Numbered from the stretch's first letter, positions 17,888 through 27,302 are shown. The stretch is 56,523 bases of DNA from an uncultured Caldilineaceae bacterium (GCA_964604225.1 CAZRYD010000004.1:1-56523), one strand, 5' to 3'. Notes: a model not told the origin generated them from the sequence alone. Program-made: numbers and translations.

Positions 17888-19000
17888 ATGCCCTCAATTT
17901 TCCCATTCACCGCCATTGTCGGCCAAGACCGGATGAAAATGGCCCTGATTTTAAATGCGATCAGCCCCCAAATCGGCGGGGTGCTCATCCGGGGCGAACG
18001 AGGTACGGCCAAATCTACCGCAGCGCGGGCAATGGCGGCGCTGCTGCCCGAGATAGAGGTGTTTGCCGACTCGCCTTTTAATGACGACCCCAACGCCTCC
18101 GATACCTGGTCCGATTGGGTCAAAGAGCGCCAAGTCCACGGCCAGGAATTGAAAGTGATCAAGCATCGCATTCGTTTTGTGGACCTGCCGGTTAGCGCCA
18201 CCGAAGATCGCGTGGTGGGGACGCTGGATATTGAAAAGGCCATCAAGAAGGGCGAGCGCCATTTTGAACCGGGTGTTTTAGCTGCGGCTAACCGGGGCTT
18301 GCTCTATGTTGACGAAGTCAATCTATTGGACGACCATGTGGTTGACTTGCTGCTCGACTCGGCCGCCATGGGTATCAATGTGGTGGAACGGGAAGGTATC
18401 AGCTTTGCCCACCCGGCCCGCTTTATCTTTGTGGGTACCATGAACCCGGAGGAAGGTGACCTGCGCCCGCAACTGCTTGATCGCTTTGCCCTGTGCGTAG
18501 ACATCCAGACCATTTCCGACACGAGCGCCCGCATGGAAATTCTGGAACGCACCCTCAAATTTGAGCGCAATTCCGAACAATTCTACCGGGAGTGGCAACC
18601 CAGAGAAGCCGAACTGGCCGAAAAAATCATCCAAGCCCGGCAGATGCTGTCCAAAGTGGTCTATAATCGGCGTGACTTGTACACCATCGCCGAGTTGATG
18701 GCCGAAATGAAGGTTGACGGCCACCGAGGAGATATTGTCATCTTGAGAACAGCCCTGGCGCATGCGGCCTTCAACAACCGTGAAAAAATCAACCTGGCCG
18801 ATATTTTAATGGCAGCCGAGTTGGCCCTGCCCCACCGGCTCAAGCGACAGCCCTTCCAGGATACCACCGCTCAATTCCAGGCCCTGGAAGAGCGGCTCAA
18901 ACAGGTCCGTGAAGAAGCGACCGAAAAGGCCGAGCAGCAAACCAGTTCCGAAGGAAACCAAACCACCGTCGAGGAAAAAAAAACGATAGTGAGGCGGTAG
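17888..19000 (+). CDS. Mg-chelatase subunit I (ChlI/BchI)-like AAA+ ATPase
   Basis: FPFTAIVGQDRMKMALILNAISPQIGGVLIRGERGTAKST closely follows the ChlI/BchI N-terminus. Walker B is LLYVDEVNLLDDH. Walker A reads GERGTAKS, with Ala where Gly is usual. Confidence 0.85.
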   Translation: MPSIFPFTAIVGQDRMKMALILNAISPQIGGVLIRGERGTAKSTAARAMAALLPEIEVFADSPFNDDPNASDTWSDWVKERQVHGQELKVIKHRIRFVDLPVSATEDRVVGTLDIEKAIKKGERHFEPGVLAAANRGLLYVDEVNLLDDHVVDLLLDSAAMGINVVEREGISFAHPARFIFVGTMNPEEGDLRPQLLDRFALCVDIQTISDTSARMEILERTLKFERNSEQFYREWQPREAELAEKIIQARQMLSKVVYNRRDLYTIAELMAEMKVDGHRGDIVILRTALAHAAFNNREKINLADILMAAELALPHRLKRQPFQDTTAQFQALEERLKQVREEATEKAEQQTSSEGNQTTVEEKKTIVRR

Positions 19001-19038
19001 ACCCCAGTTCAAGCGAGCAAATTCCCCCCACCCAGGGT

Positions 19039-19938
19039 TTGCCACCGCAGCCGGATAAATCTAATCAAGCCTCCGGGGACAAGAGCCAGGCCAATACCCC
19101 TATCACCATTGGCCAGGATTTTACACCCCGGCGGCTGCAAACCCCCCTTGATAAAATGACCCGCCCTGCGGCGGGTAAACGCAGCTACACCCGCACCGAC
19201 CGCAAGCGCGGACGCTACATTCAAGCGCGTCCCGCCCAGGGCAAACCTAAAGATGTGGCTTTTGATGCCACTTTTCGGGCCGCAGCTCCGTTTCAACTAG
19301 GACGAGACCGCTCAGAACGGGCCCTGGCCGTGGAACGGCAGGATATTCAGGACAAAGTGCGGGTGCGCCGCGCCGCTAACCTGATTCTATTTGTGGTTGA
19401 TGCCAGTTGGAGCATGGCCGCGGCGGAGCGCATGGAAGCAACCAAAGGCGCGATCATGAGCCTCCTGCTCGACGCCTACCAGCGCCGCGATCAGGTGGGG
19501 CTGATCGTCTTCCAAAAAGAGGAAGCCCGGCTGGTCCTCCCGCCCACCTCCAGCGTTGAATTAGCCAAGCACGCCCTGGCCGACGTGCCGGTCGGCGGTA
19601 AAACACCCCTCTCAGCCGGGTTGTTATTAGCTCACCGGGTCCTGACCCAGCAGATGCGGCTCCACCCCGAAATTATGACCATGATGATTCTGCTCACCGA
19701 CGGCGCCGGCAACGTCTCCGTGTCAGATTTGCCGGCCCAGGAAGAAGCTCACCGGGTGGCCAAAATGATCGAGGAAGAGGGCATCCGTTCTGTGGTCATC
19801 AACATGGAACACGCCAGCTTTGATCGCGGCCTGGCCCAGGGTCTGGCCGACGAGCTGCACGGCCCTTGCTACACCTTGAATGAACTCAAGGCGGACACGT
19901 TGTATCGAACGGTGAAGGACGAGTTGAGATTAGGTTAG
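19039..19938 (+). CDS. von Willebrand factor A domain protein, ChlD/BchD C-terminal-like (linker + VWA only)
   Basis: A basic/Pro-rich N-terminal region is followed by a VWA core with a MIDAS-like DASWSM (LILFVVDASWSMAA...LLTDGAGN). The ORF-track start is TTG, so the true start is uncertain. Confidence 0.75.
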   Translation: MPPQPDKSNQASGDKSQANTPITIGQDFTPRRLQTPLDKMTRPAAGKRSYTRTDRKRGRYIQARPAQGKPKDVAFDATFRAAAPFQLGRDRSERALAVERQDIQDKVRVRRAANLILFVVDASWSMAAAERMEATKGAIMSLLLDAYQRRDQVGLIVFQKEEARLVLPPTSSVELAKHALADVPVGGKTPLSAGLLLAHRVLTQQMRLHPEIMTMMILLTDGAGNVSVSDLPAQEEAHRVAKMIEEEGIRSVVINMEHASFDRGLAQGLADELHGPCYTLNELKADTLYRTVKDELRLG

Positions 19939-20058
19939 TCGTTCAGCGCCCTGAATAGCCCGGCACAAAGCAGAGAGTGCATCGAAGGGTACTTTGAACT
20001 GAGGTTATTAACAATTGACCGTTGATCGGCGAAAATCGTTAACTTGGAGGTATAGCTA

Positions 20059-21045
20059 ATGACCACTAAAATGACCAAACGCCAGCGTCTCGAAGCCACT
20101 TTTGCCGGCGCGCCGGTTGACCGGCCGGCGGTGGCTTTGTGGCGGCACTGGCCGGTTGACGACCGCTACGGTGGGGAATTGGCCCGGGCTCACCTGGAAT
20201 TTCAGCAGACTTATGAATTTGATTTTATTAAAGTGACCCCCAGCAGCGATTTTATGGTCTCCGGTTACGGTGCGGAAAGTCACTGGGTGGGCAATGAAGA
20301 GGGCACTCGCGAGTGGGGGCCGCGGCTGATCCAATCGCCGGAGGATTGGCTCAAGCTTAAACCGCTAGACCCGCGCCAGGGTCTGTTTGGCGAAGTGATT
20401 GAGGCTAATAAACTCATCGGCCAGACTCTGGGCGAGGAGGTTCCTTTTATCCAGACCGTGTTTAACCCGCTCTCACAGGCCAAAAATCTGGCCGGACCGA
20501 GGCTGCTCTCAGACATGCGCCAGTATCCTGAGGCGGTTAAAACTGGCCTGGCGACCCTCGCCGAGTCGACGCTGCGTTTTGTCGACATGCTGCGCCAGTC
20601 AACCCAAGTCGCCGGTATCTTTCTGGCCGTGCAGCACGCCACTTATGATTTGCTGACCGAAGCCGAATACCGTGATTTTTGCCAGCATCTGGATTTACAA
20701 ATTCTGCAAGCCACCGCAGGGATGTGGTTCAATCTGCTTCACCTGCATGGGGTCAATGTGATGTTTGATTTAGTGGCCAATTATCCGGTGCATGTCATCA
20801 ATTGGCACGATGTGGAGACGCCGCCTTCATTGGCTGAGGCCATGCGCCGCACCGACAAAGCCTTGTGCGGTGGGCTGCGCCAGTGGGAAACTATGCTGCG
20901 CGGCACGCCGGAAACAGTCCAGGTCGAAGCCAAAACTGCTCTCGAAGCCACCGGCGGCTGGCGTTTTATTTTAGGCACCGGCTGCGTCACCCCAATTACT
21001 GCGCCCACCTGCAATATTTGGGCGGCCCGGAAAGCCGTGGAATAA
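20059..21045 (+). CDS. Uroporphyrinogen decarboxylase (URO-D)/MtaA-CmuA-family protein
   Basis: 328-aa ORF with GGAGG SD upstream. N-terminus RQRLEATFAGAPVDRPAVALW and overall TIM-barrel-like pattern are typical of the URO-D superfamily. Confidence 0.7.
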   Translation: MTTKMTKRQRLEATFAGAPVDRPAVALWRHWPVDDRYGGELARAHLEFQQTYEFDFIKVTPSSDFMVSGYGAESHWVGNEEGTREWGPRLIQSPEDWLKLKPLDPRQGLFGEVIEANKLIGQTLGEEVPFIQTVFNPLSQAKNLAGPRLLSDMRQYPEAVKTGLATLAESTLRFVDMLRQSTQVAGIFLAVQHATYDLLTEAEYRDFCQHLDLQILQATAGMWFNLLHLHGVNVMFDLVANYPVHVINWHDVETPPSLAEAMRRTDKALCGGLRQWETMLRGTPETVQVEAKTALEATGGWRFILGTGCVTPITAPTCNIWAARKAVE

Positions 21046-21602
21046 TGGACTCACCCGAAGAAATCACCCTGACCGCCGAAGAAGCGGCCTCACTCCGGCA
21101 GGGCTATAAATATTGTCCTCGCTGCCGCAGTGAGATGGTGGACCGCCTGGCCTATGGCCGCATGCGGCGAGTCTGCTCCGACCCAGCGTGCCGCTTTGTT
21201 CAATTTGTTGACCCCAAAGTGGGGGCGGCCGTACTGGCGGTGGATGAAAAGAACCGGGTGGTTCTGGTCAAAAGGAATGCCGACCCGGCCCGGGGAAGCT
21301 GGTGCCTGCCCGGCGGTTTTATGGAAATTGGCGAAACGCCCCAGACCACCGCTACTCGTGAGTGCCAGGAAGAAAGCGGTTATGCGGTGGAAATTACCGG
21401 CCTCATCGACGTGTATTATTACGAAAATTACCGGGGTAGCGGTGTCCTGATCGTTTACAAAGGTCAAGTGGTCGATGGCGCTGCCCACCCTGGCGATGAT
21501 GCCGAAGCGGTAGCTCTTTTCGGCCCGGATGAACTGCCGGCAAACATTGCCTTTCACTCCAATCTGGCCGCTTTGGATTTGTGGCGTGAGGGAAAAATTT
21601 AG
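21045..21602 (+). CDS. NUDIX hydrolase with N-terminal zinc ribbon (NudC-like architecture)
   Basis: The ATG overlaps the upstream TAA (TAATG at 21043-21047). CPRCRSEM...CSDPACRF forms the zinc ribbon. The Nudix box is GGFMEIGETPQTTATRECQEESG. Confidence 0.85.
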   Translation: MDSPEEITLTAEEAASLRQGYKYCPRCRSEMVDRLAYGRMRRVCSDPACRFVQFVDPKVGAAVLAVDEKNRVVLVKRNADPARGSWCLPGGFMEIGETPQTTATRECQEESGYAVEITGLIDVYYYENYRGSGVLIVYKGQVVDGAAHPGDDAEAVALFGPDELPANIAFHSNLAALDLWREGKI

Positions 21603-21616
21603 GACAACCGGCGACC

Positions 21617-21656
21617 GAGGACCGGGGCTAAAAAAGTGGGCCAGTCTCCGGTCTCC
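21617..21656 (+). repeat. GC-rich element related to the typA-leader palindrome
   Basis: GAGGACCGG ... CCGGTCTCC. It shares ACCGGCGAC and GTCTCCGGTC strings with 3085-3147 and lies between the NUDIX gene and tsaD. Confidence 0.4.
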
Positions 21657-21695
21657 TGCCCCCGGCCGGTTTGAAGAAGTTATGGTATTATAAAG

Positions 21696-22754
21696 ATGAC
21701 GACCAAAATCCTGGCTATCGAAACCTCCTGCGATGAAACCGCTGCCGCAGTGATCGAGGATGGTTTTCGGATTAAATCAAATATCGTCGCCTCGCAAATT
21801 GATATTCACCGGCGTTATGGCGGCATCTTCCCCGAAGTGGCCTCGCGCCAGCACGTTCTGGCTATTGGTACGGTCGTTCAAGATGCCTTGATTCAGGCGC
21901 GCACCGGTTGGAATGAGTTGAATGCCGTGGCGGTCACCTATGGACCGGGACTGGCCGGCAGCTTGCTGGTAGGGGTCAATGCGGCCAAGGGGATTGCGCT
22001 GGCCCTGGGTCTGCCGCTGATAGGGGTCAACCATTTGGAAGGCCACCTCTATTCCAATTGGCTCGACAGTGAAGGGCAGGGAATGGCCCCTGCTATCGAG
22101 TTTCCCGTGCTGTGTTTGATTGTCTCCGGCGGTCACACCGAACTGGTGCTCAGCCGCGCTCACGGTGATTATGAAATTTTGGGCCGGACCATCGACGATG
22201 CCGCCGGCGAGGCTTTTGACAAAGTGGCTCGTATGCTGGATATTGGCTTTCCCGGTGGCCCGGCAATTCAGGAGGCAGCCAAAGGCGGCAACCCGAATAC
22301 TTACAATTTTCCGCGTGCTCGCCTGGGTGACGGCTTTGATTTTAGTTTCTCCGGGCTAAAAACGGCGGTGCTGCGCGTTGTTCAAAAGTATGCCAGCAGC
22401 GAGAATTTGCCTCGCGCCGGCGCGTCGCACGCCCAACTCCCGCTGCGCACGATGCCTATCTCTGATATTGCGGCCTCTTTTCAAATGGCAGTGGTGGATA
22501 TTCTGGTCAGCAAAACCAAGGCGGCGGCTGAGCAGTACAACGTGACCGAGGTTTTATTGGCGGGAGGAGTCTCGGCCAATGCCCTGTTGCGCCACAAAAT
22601 GATCTCCGAGGCCGGGCGGCCCGTGCGCGTGCCGCCGCTCTTCCTCTGTACCGACAATGCCGCTATGATTGGCGCGGCGGCTTATTGGCGGCTGCAACGC
22701 GGGCAGTTGGCTGAGTGGGATTTGGATGTGGCAGCCAATTTGCGCTTGGGATGA
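21696..22754 (+). CDS. tsaD: tRNA N6-adenosine threonylcarbamoyltransferase TsaD
   Basis: ILAIETSCDETAAAV, GPGLAGSLLVG, VNHLEGH and GGVSAN motifs. Length 352 aa. Confidence 0.95.
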   Translation: MTTKILAIETSCDETAAAVIEDGFRIKSNIVASQIDIHRRYGGIFPEVASRQHVLAIGTVVQDALIQARTGWNELNAVAVTYGPGLAGSLLVGVNAAKGIALALGLPLIGVNHLEGHLYSNWLDSEGQGMAPAIEFPVLCLIVSGGHTELVLSRAHGDYEILGRTIDDAAGEAFDKVARMLDIGFPGGPAIQEAAKGGNPNTYNFPRARLGDGFDFSFSGLKTAVLRVVQKYASSENLPRAGASHAQLPLRTMPISDIAASFQMAVVDILVSKTKAAAEQYNVTEVLLAGGVSANALLRHKMISEAGRPVRVPPLFLCTDNAAMIGAAAYWRLQRGQLAEWDLDVAANLRLG

Positions 22755-22762
22755 TAATACGG

Positions 22763-22791
22763 TTGACTCTCCGCTGATTTGGCGGCATAAT
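22763..22791 (+). promoter_or_regulatory. Sigma-70-type promoter for the zinc-ribbon/HEAT gene
   Basis: TTGACT (22763-22768), 17-nt spacer, CATAAT (22786-22791). Confidence 0.5.
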
Positions 22792-22841
22792 TTTAGAGTG
22801 ATACAACGACTTCTATAACTTGTACTAGCTGAGGTTTCACT

Positions 22842-23633
22842 ATGAAGATCGAACGACTTGCCTGCCCCAGTTGTGGGGGTTCACTCTCCGGCGATTTCCT
22901 ACCCAATAAGCAATTTGAATGTCCCAGTTGTGGGTCAGCTTTGTTGATAACCGATTTGGCCACGGACCAGACGGTTAGCTGTCCACAATGTCATACGCCA
23001 AACCTTGAGGAAATGCACTACTGTTCAAACTGTGGTGGCTCGCTTAAGGTAGACTGCGTTTTATGTCACTCGTCTAACCGCGTTGACGTGGTTTATTGCG
23101 GCCATTGCGGAGCACACCTGGAGCGGTCTAGAGCCAAGCGTGAGGCCATGCAGGAGATGCGGCGACGCCTCCAGACCGAGCGGCTTGAGGTGCTTAGAGA
23201 AAAGGAAGCCCGGCAACAGCGCGAAAGGCTGGGGCGGCTCATCGAAGCCCTGGATGAGCCGGAAAATCACGAGTTTGCCATTTTTCAGCTCAATCAGTTG
23301 GGTGATGAGGCTGTCGAAGCCTTGCTTGACACCTTACTCCACGATGACGACCCGGACGCCCGCTATGGTTCGGCCATCGCCTTGGGCCGGATTTGCACCG
23401 AACAGGAGATAAAAGTATTGAACAAGGCCAAAGCCATTCAAGGGCTCATCAAAGCCCTGATCGACTCTGAACCGGCTGTTCGTTTCTGGGCGGCGGAGGC
23501 GTTGGGGAAACTCAGAAGCCCGCTGACTCGTCAACCGCTCACCACTCTACTCAAAGACCCGCACCAGGGGGTCCGTCAGCAGGCGCGGCGTTCCCTGGAA
23601 AAGTTGGACAGTCAATCAAAAAATCCTAAATAG
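22842..23633 (+). CDS. Multiple zinc-ribbon + coiled-coil + HEAT/PBS-lyase-like repeat protein
   Basis: Four CxxC pairs lie in the first 95 aa. An Arg/Glu-rich helix follows (RAKREAMQEMRRRLQTERLEVLREKEARQQRER). HEAT-like repeats follow that (DPDARYGSAIALGRI, EPAVRFWAAEALGKL, HQGVRQQARRSL). Confidence 0.7.
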   Translation: MKIERLACPSCGGSLSGDFLPNKQFECPSCGSALLITDLATDQTVSCPQCHTPNLEEMHYCSNCGGSLKVDCVLCHSSNRVDVVYCGHCGAHLERSRAKREAMQEMRRRLQTERLEVLREKEARQQRERLGRLIEALDEPENHEFAIFQLNQLGDEAVEALLDTLLHDDDPDARYGSAIALGRICTEQEIKVLNKAKAIQGLIKALIDSEPAVRFWAAEALGKLRSPLTRQPLTTLLKDPHQGVRQQARRSLEKLDSQSKNPK

Positions 23634-23651
23634 GGCCGGGTTGAATTAATA

Positions 23652-24221
23652 ATGCCCAAACAAACGATTTTATACACCCGCAGCGGTGATGAAGGCTATA
23701 CCAATCTCCTGGGTAAGGAGCGCGTAGCCAAATATGATTTGCGCCCAGAAGCCTACGGTACGGTGGACGAGGCCAGCTCCTTTATGGGCGTGGTTCGGGC
23801 TGACTCGGCCGCCAGTGAGCGAACCCAAAAACTGATATTAGAAGCCCAACGTGACCTGTGGTTGCTGATGGGCGAGTTAGCCACCGCACCGGGGGTCACG
23901 CTGCCCAGCCAATTGAGCGCAGAGCGGGTGGAATGGCTGGAAGCGGAAACCGACAAATTGGGGGCCGAAATCCCACCGCTGACCCAGTTTGTGGTACCGG
24001 GCGATACCCGGATTAGCGCCTGGCTCGACGTAGCCCGTACCGTTATTCGCCGGGCCGAACGCTGCGTGGCCCGTTTGATGATTGAAGGCGACCTGGAAAA
24101 TGAAACGATCATTCGTTATCTTAACCGCCTCTCTTCCCTCCTTTTTGCGCTGGCTCGCTACGAGGAGTACCGGGCTGGACGCCAAACAACTGTGGCCAAG
24201 GAAGTAGGCAGTAAAAAGTAG
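23652..24221 (+). CDS. PduO-type ATP:cob(I)alamin adenosyltransferase
   Basis: N-terminus YTRSGDEGYTNLLGKERVAKYDLRPEAYGTVDEASSFMGV matches the PduO/MMAB family pattern. Length 189 aa. Confidence 0.9.
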   Translation: MPKQTILYTRSGDEGYTNLLGKERVAKYDLRPEAYGTVDEASSFMGVVRADSAASERTQKLILEAQRDLWLLMGELATAPGVTLPSQLSAERVEWLEAETDKLGAEIPPLTQFVVPGDTRISAWLDVARTVIRRAERCVARLMIEGDLENETIIRYLNRLSSLLFALARYEEYRAGRQTTVAKEVGSKK

Positions 24222-24276
24222 GCAAAATGCGTAATCCCCGGTTGCTGTCTACCGACTACGGTCTACCTGCTTCGCT

Positions 24277-24705
24277 ATGACCCTCTTCGGCCATCCGTTG
24301 CATCCTATGACCGTGCATTTCCCTATTGCATTTTACCTGCTAGGGGTGCTGCTGACCGTAGCTTACCTGTGGCGTGGTCAACCGGATTATGATCGGTTCG
24401 CTTATTGGAGTTTTAGCCTGAGTTGGCTGGCGACGCTGGTATCCAGCCTGGCTGGTTTGATGGACCAGAGCCAGCTTGAATTGACCGATCCCCGCCGTGA
24501 CAATGTGAACACCCACATCACCGCTGGCGTGGCCCTGCTTATCATCAATGGCTTGCTCCTCTATATGCGTTTTCGTTGGGCTGATGTTCTCAGCCGCCGC
24601 CGCTGGCCGTACCTGGGCCTGATGGCCTTGGGAGTTGGGGCTGTTTTAGCCACAACCTGGCTGGGAGGGGAGTTGGTTTTTCGCTTGGGGGTGGGGGTTC
24701 AGTAA
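24277..24705 (+). CDS. Small four-helix membrane protein (DUF2231-like)
   Basis: 142 aa. It begins HPLHPMTVHFPIAFYLLG and contains four hydrophobic helices. Confidence 0.55.
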   Translation: MTLFGHPLHPMTVHFPIAFYLLGVLLTVAYLWRGQPDYDRFAYWSFSLSWLATLVSSLAGLMDQSQLELTDPRRDNVNTHITAGVALLIINGLLLYMRFRWADVLSRRRWPYLGLMALGVGAVLATTWLGGELVFRLGVGVQ

Positions 24706-24739
24706 AACCAGGTTGCTCAAGCAGCATGAGCCAGAAAAC

Positions 24740-24772
24740 AAAAAGCGACCTACTCAAGAGTCGCTTTTTTGG
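24740..24772. terminator. Bidirectional rho-independent terminator
   Basis: AAAAAGCGAC ... GTCGCTTTTTT lies between convergent genes. Confidence 0.75.
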
Positions 24773-24829
24773 TTGTTTTTACCAGACAATCTTTCGTGTA
24801 ACCAAACATCTATCACCAACCCGTAGAGC

Positions 24830-26113
24830 TTATGTGACCGCAGAACGTTCCGCCGAATATCGCTCATAAATTCGCTCTTCGACAATTTGCCGCAGGCGCT
24901 CTATCGCCCGGTAAATATCGGTGAAGCTGGTGTAGAGGGGCGCAATCCCCAGCCGAATATTATCCGGCTCCCTAAAATCGGGGATAACTTTGACCGCCGG
25001 TGGCTCGGCTTCGATCAAAGCCCGATTGATGCGGTAGCTCTCGGCGTGACGCACAGACACGTGCGAACCCCGTAGCTCGGCGTGGTGCGGCGTGCCGAGG
25101 GTAAAACCTAATGGAACCAGCCACTGCTCAGCCAGAAAAATCAGATATTCGGTTTGACGGATGCTTTTGGCGCGGAGGCGTTCCATCCCTGCTTCCAGCA
25201 GAATACCCAGCGCCGGCTCAACCGCTTTCATGGAGAGCATCGGTGGGGTGCCGACCCTGTAGCGAGCGAGGTTGTCGGCCGGGGTATAATCCAGCTCAAA
25301 GGCAAACGGATTTTTGGCGGCAAACCAGCCCCACATGGGCTGGTTGAGCTGCGTTTGCAGGTCACGCCGCACATAGAGAAAGGCCGGCGCGCCGGGGCCG
25401 CCATTCAGATATTTGTAGGTACAGCCCACGGCCAGGTCTGCCCCGGAGCCGTTTAGATCAACCGGTACCGCCCCCGCCGAGTGGCTCAAATCCCACAGGG
25501 TCAAGGCCCCGGCCTGATGGGCCTGGGCGGTCACCGCGGCCATATCGTACATAAAAGCACTTTTGAAGGCTACGTGCGTCAGGCTGACCAGCGCGGTGTC
25601 GTGGTCCAAGGCGGCGCTGACCGCCGCCGGATCGATGGTGATCGTATCGGCGGAGGGGATGAGTTCCAGTCGATGCCGCCGGCCTAACAGGTCAATAATG
25701 CCTTGCAGAATGTACAGGTCTGAGGGGAAATTAAAAACATCGCTGACGATTTTGCTCCGGCCGGGTCGAGCCTGAAGCGCGGCTACGGCCAGCTTGAACA
25801 AATTGATCGAGGTCGCTTCGGTAACGATAATTTCGTCGCCTTGCGCGCCGAGCAATTGGGCGATTTTTGCGCCCAGTTCGGTGGGGGTGTGAATCCAGCC
25901 GTCGTTCCACAGGCGGATCAGGCGCTGGCCCCACTCATATTCAATGGCGTGCTGCATGAAAGCAATGGTGCGTTGGGGCAGTCGCCCCAATGAGTTGCCG
26001 TCAAGATAGATTAAATCAGGGTCTTCGATGACAAATTCAGCTCGAAAAGAAGCCAATTCATCCTGGGCATCCAGTTCGCGCGCAAAGTCAAGGTCCGTGC
26101 GAGTGAAATTCAT
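24830..26113 (-). CDS. kynU: Kynureninase
   Basis: YLDGNSLGRLP, SHSAGAVP and CTYKYLNGGPGAPAF (PLP-lysine region). Length 427 aa. Confidence 0.88.
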   Translation of the reverse strand: MNFTRTDLDFARELDAQDELASFRAEFVIEDPDLIYLDGNSLGRLPQRTIAFMQHAIEYEWGQRLIRLWNDGWIHTPTELGAKIAQLLGAQGDEIIVTEATSINLFKLAVAALQARPGRSKIVSDVFNFPSDLYILQGIIDLLGRRHRLELIPSADTITIDPAAVSAALDHDTALVSLTHVAFKSAFMYDMAAVTAQAHQAGALTLWDLSHSAGAVPVDLNGSGADLAVGCTYKYLNGGPGAPAFLYVRRDLQTQLNQPMWGWFAAKNPFAFELDYTPADNLARYRVGTPPMLSMKAVEPALGILLEAGMERLRAKSIRQTEYLIFLAEQWLVPLGFTLGTPHHAELRGSHVSVRHAESYRINRALIEAEPPAVKVIPDFREPDNIRLGIAPLYTSFTDIYRAIERLRQIVEERIYERYSAERSAVT

Positions 26114-26126
26114 AAGAACCCTTTCT

Positions 26127-27095
26127 TTAAGTGGGACTTTTCAGATTATCCAGGCGTGTTTTTTCCGCTGGAGTAAGGCTCACCTTGATAGCCGGGAGAG
26201 TTTCACTCAGTTGCTCAACGGTGTTGGCTCCGATGATGGCCGAGGTAACGGTTGGATTGGCCAGCAGCCAGGCCAGGGCAGTCTGGGCGATAGTCGCCTG
26301 ATGGTCTTGACCAATTTCGGCCAGGGTTTCGACGATGGTAAAACCTTCATTATTCATATAATTACGCATGCGGTCGCTGCCGTGCCCCCGGCTTTGACCA
26401 GGTATGCTGCCATCGCGCTTGTATTTGCCGGTCAAAAAGCCGCCCGCCAGCGGGCTGTAGGGAATGACCCCCAAATTTTCTTTTTGGCATAAGGCCATCA
26501 ATTCTGCCTCGTACTCTTGGCGATGGACCAAATTGTAGTGAGGTTGCAGCGACTCATAGTGGGGCAAGTTGTTGGCCGCGCAAACAGCCAGAGTTTCTTG
26601 TAACTGGGCCGCCGTGTGGTTGGAACAGCCCAGATAGCGCACTTTGCCCTGTTTAATCATCTCCTCAAAGGCGCGGAATGTTTCTTCCAGGGGGGTGTTC
26701 TCGTCGGGCCAGTGGCTTTGGTAAAGGTCAATCGTTTCGACTTGCAGCCGGCGCAGGCTGTCGTCTACTGCCCGCATTAGATGGCTGCGGCTCAGCCCTT
26801 CGCCGTCTAGCCCCTCCCACATGCGGCCGCGGGCTTTGGTGGCAATGATTATTTTGGCCCGTGCTTTTCGTTTCGTCAGCCACTCGCCGACCCAGGTTTC
26901 GGCGATGCCGCCGGGATTACCTTTGGCCCAGAAGGAGTAAACGTCGGCGGTATCGAAAAAATTGATCCCGTTTTCCAGGGCATAGTCCATGACGGCAAAG
27001 GAGTCCGGCTTATCGGAGGTCCAGCCCATCGTCATTGTGCCCAAACAGAGCCGGGATACCTTGAGGTCGGTTTGACCTAATCTTCTAGAGTCCAT
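26127..27095 (-). CDS. Aldo/keto reductase
   Basis: LGQTDLKVSRLCLGTMTMG, FFDTADVY, IATK, YQSHWPD and LGCSN motifs. Confidence 0.9.
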   Translation of the reverse strand: MDSRRLGQTDLKVSRLCLGTMTMGWTSDKPDSFAVMDYALENGINFFDTADVYSFWAKGNPGGIAETWVGEWLTKRKARAKIIIATKARGRMWEGLDGEGLSRSHLMRAVDDSLRRLQVETIDLYQSHWPDENTPLEETFRAFEEMIKQGKVRYLGCSNHTAAQLQETLAVCAANNLPHYESLQPHYNLVHRQEYEAELMALCQKENLGVIPYSPLAGGFLTGKYKRDGSIPGQSRGHGSDRMRNYMNNEGFTIVETLAEIGQDHQATIAQTALAWLLANPTVTSAIIGANTVEQLSETLPAIKVSLTPAEKTRLDNLKSPT

Positions 27096-27144
27096 TTTCC
27101 CCTTCTCTACTCAGCAGAGCTATAAAATCGTTTCTTTTTCGCCG

Positions 27145-27188
27145 GGATTTGGGGATTAGGAGATAAAATCCCCAAATCTCCTAATCTC
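27145..27188. repeat. Interleaved inverted repeats (X-Y-AAA-X'-Y') in the divergent intergenic region
   Basis: GATTTGGGGA + TTAGGAGAT, then AAA, then ATCCCCAAATC + TCCTAATC. The block is flanked by GCTATAAAA (27119-27127) and GCTATAAG (27190-27197). Confidence 0.6.
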
Positions 27189-27302
27189 GGCTATAAGTTT
27201 TCGGTTTTGATGGCTTCTGCTGAATAAATATATTTGGTCTTTTGATAAGCTGATAATGTCTGGCAATATAACATAGATTAAGTCCAGAGTCCACCTTGAT
27301 CT

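Noticed and set aside
19938-20058. GTTAAC ... GTTAAC flanked segment (TTAACAATTGACCGTTGATCGGCGAAAATCGTTAAC) as a possible operator or mobile-element end
   Set aside because: It contains only short self-palindromic hexamers (GTTAAC, CAATTG) with no extended dyad symmetry. An 11-mer shared with 11616-11626 is expected by chance at this window size.
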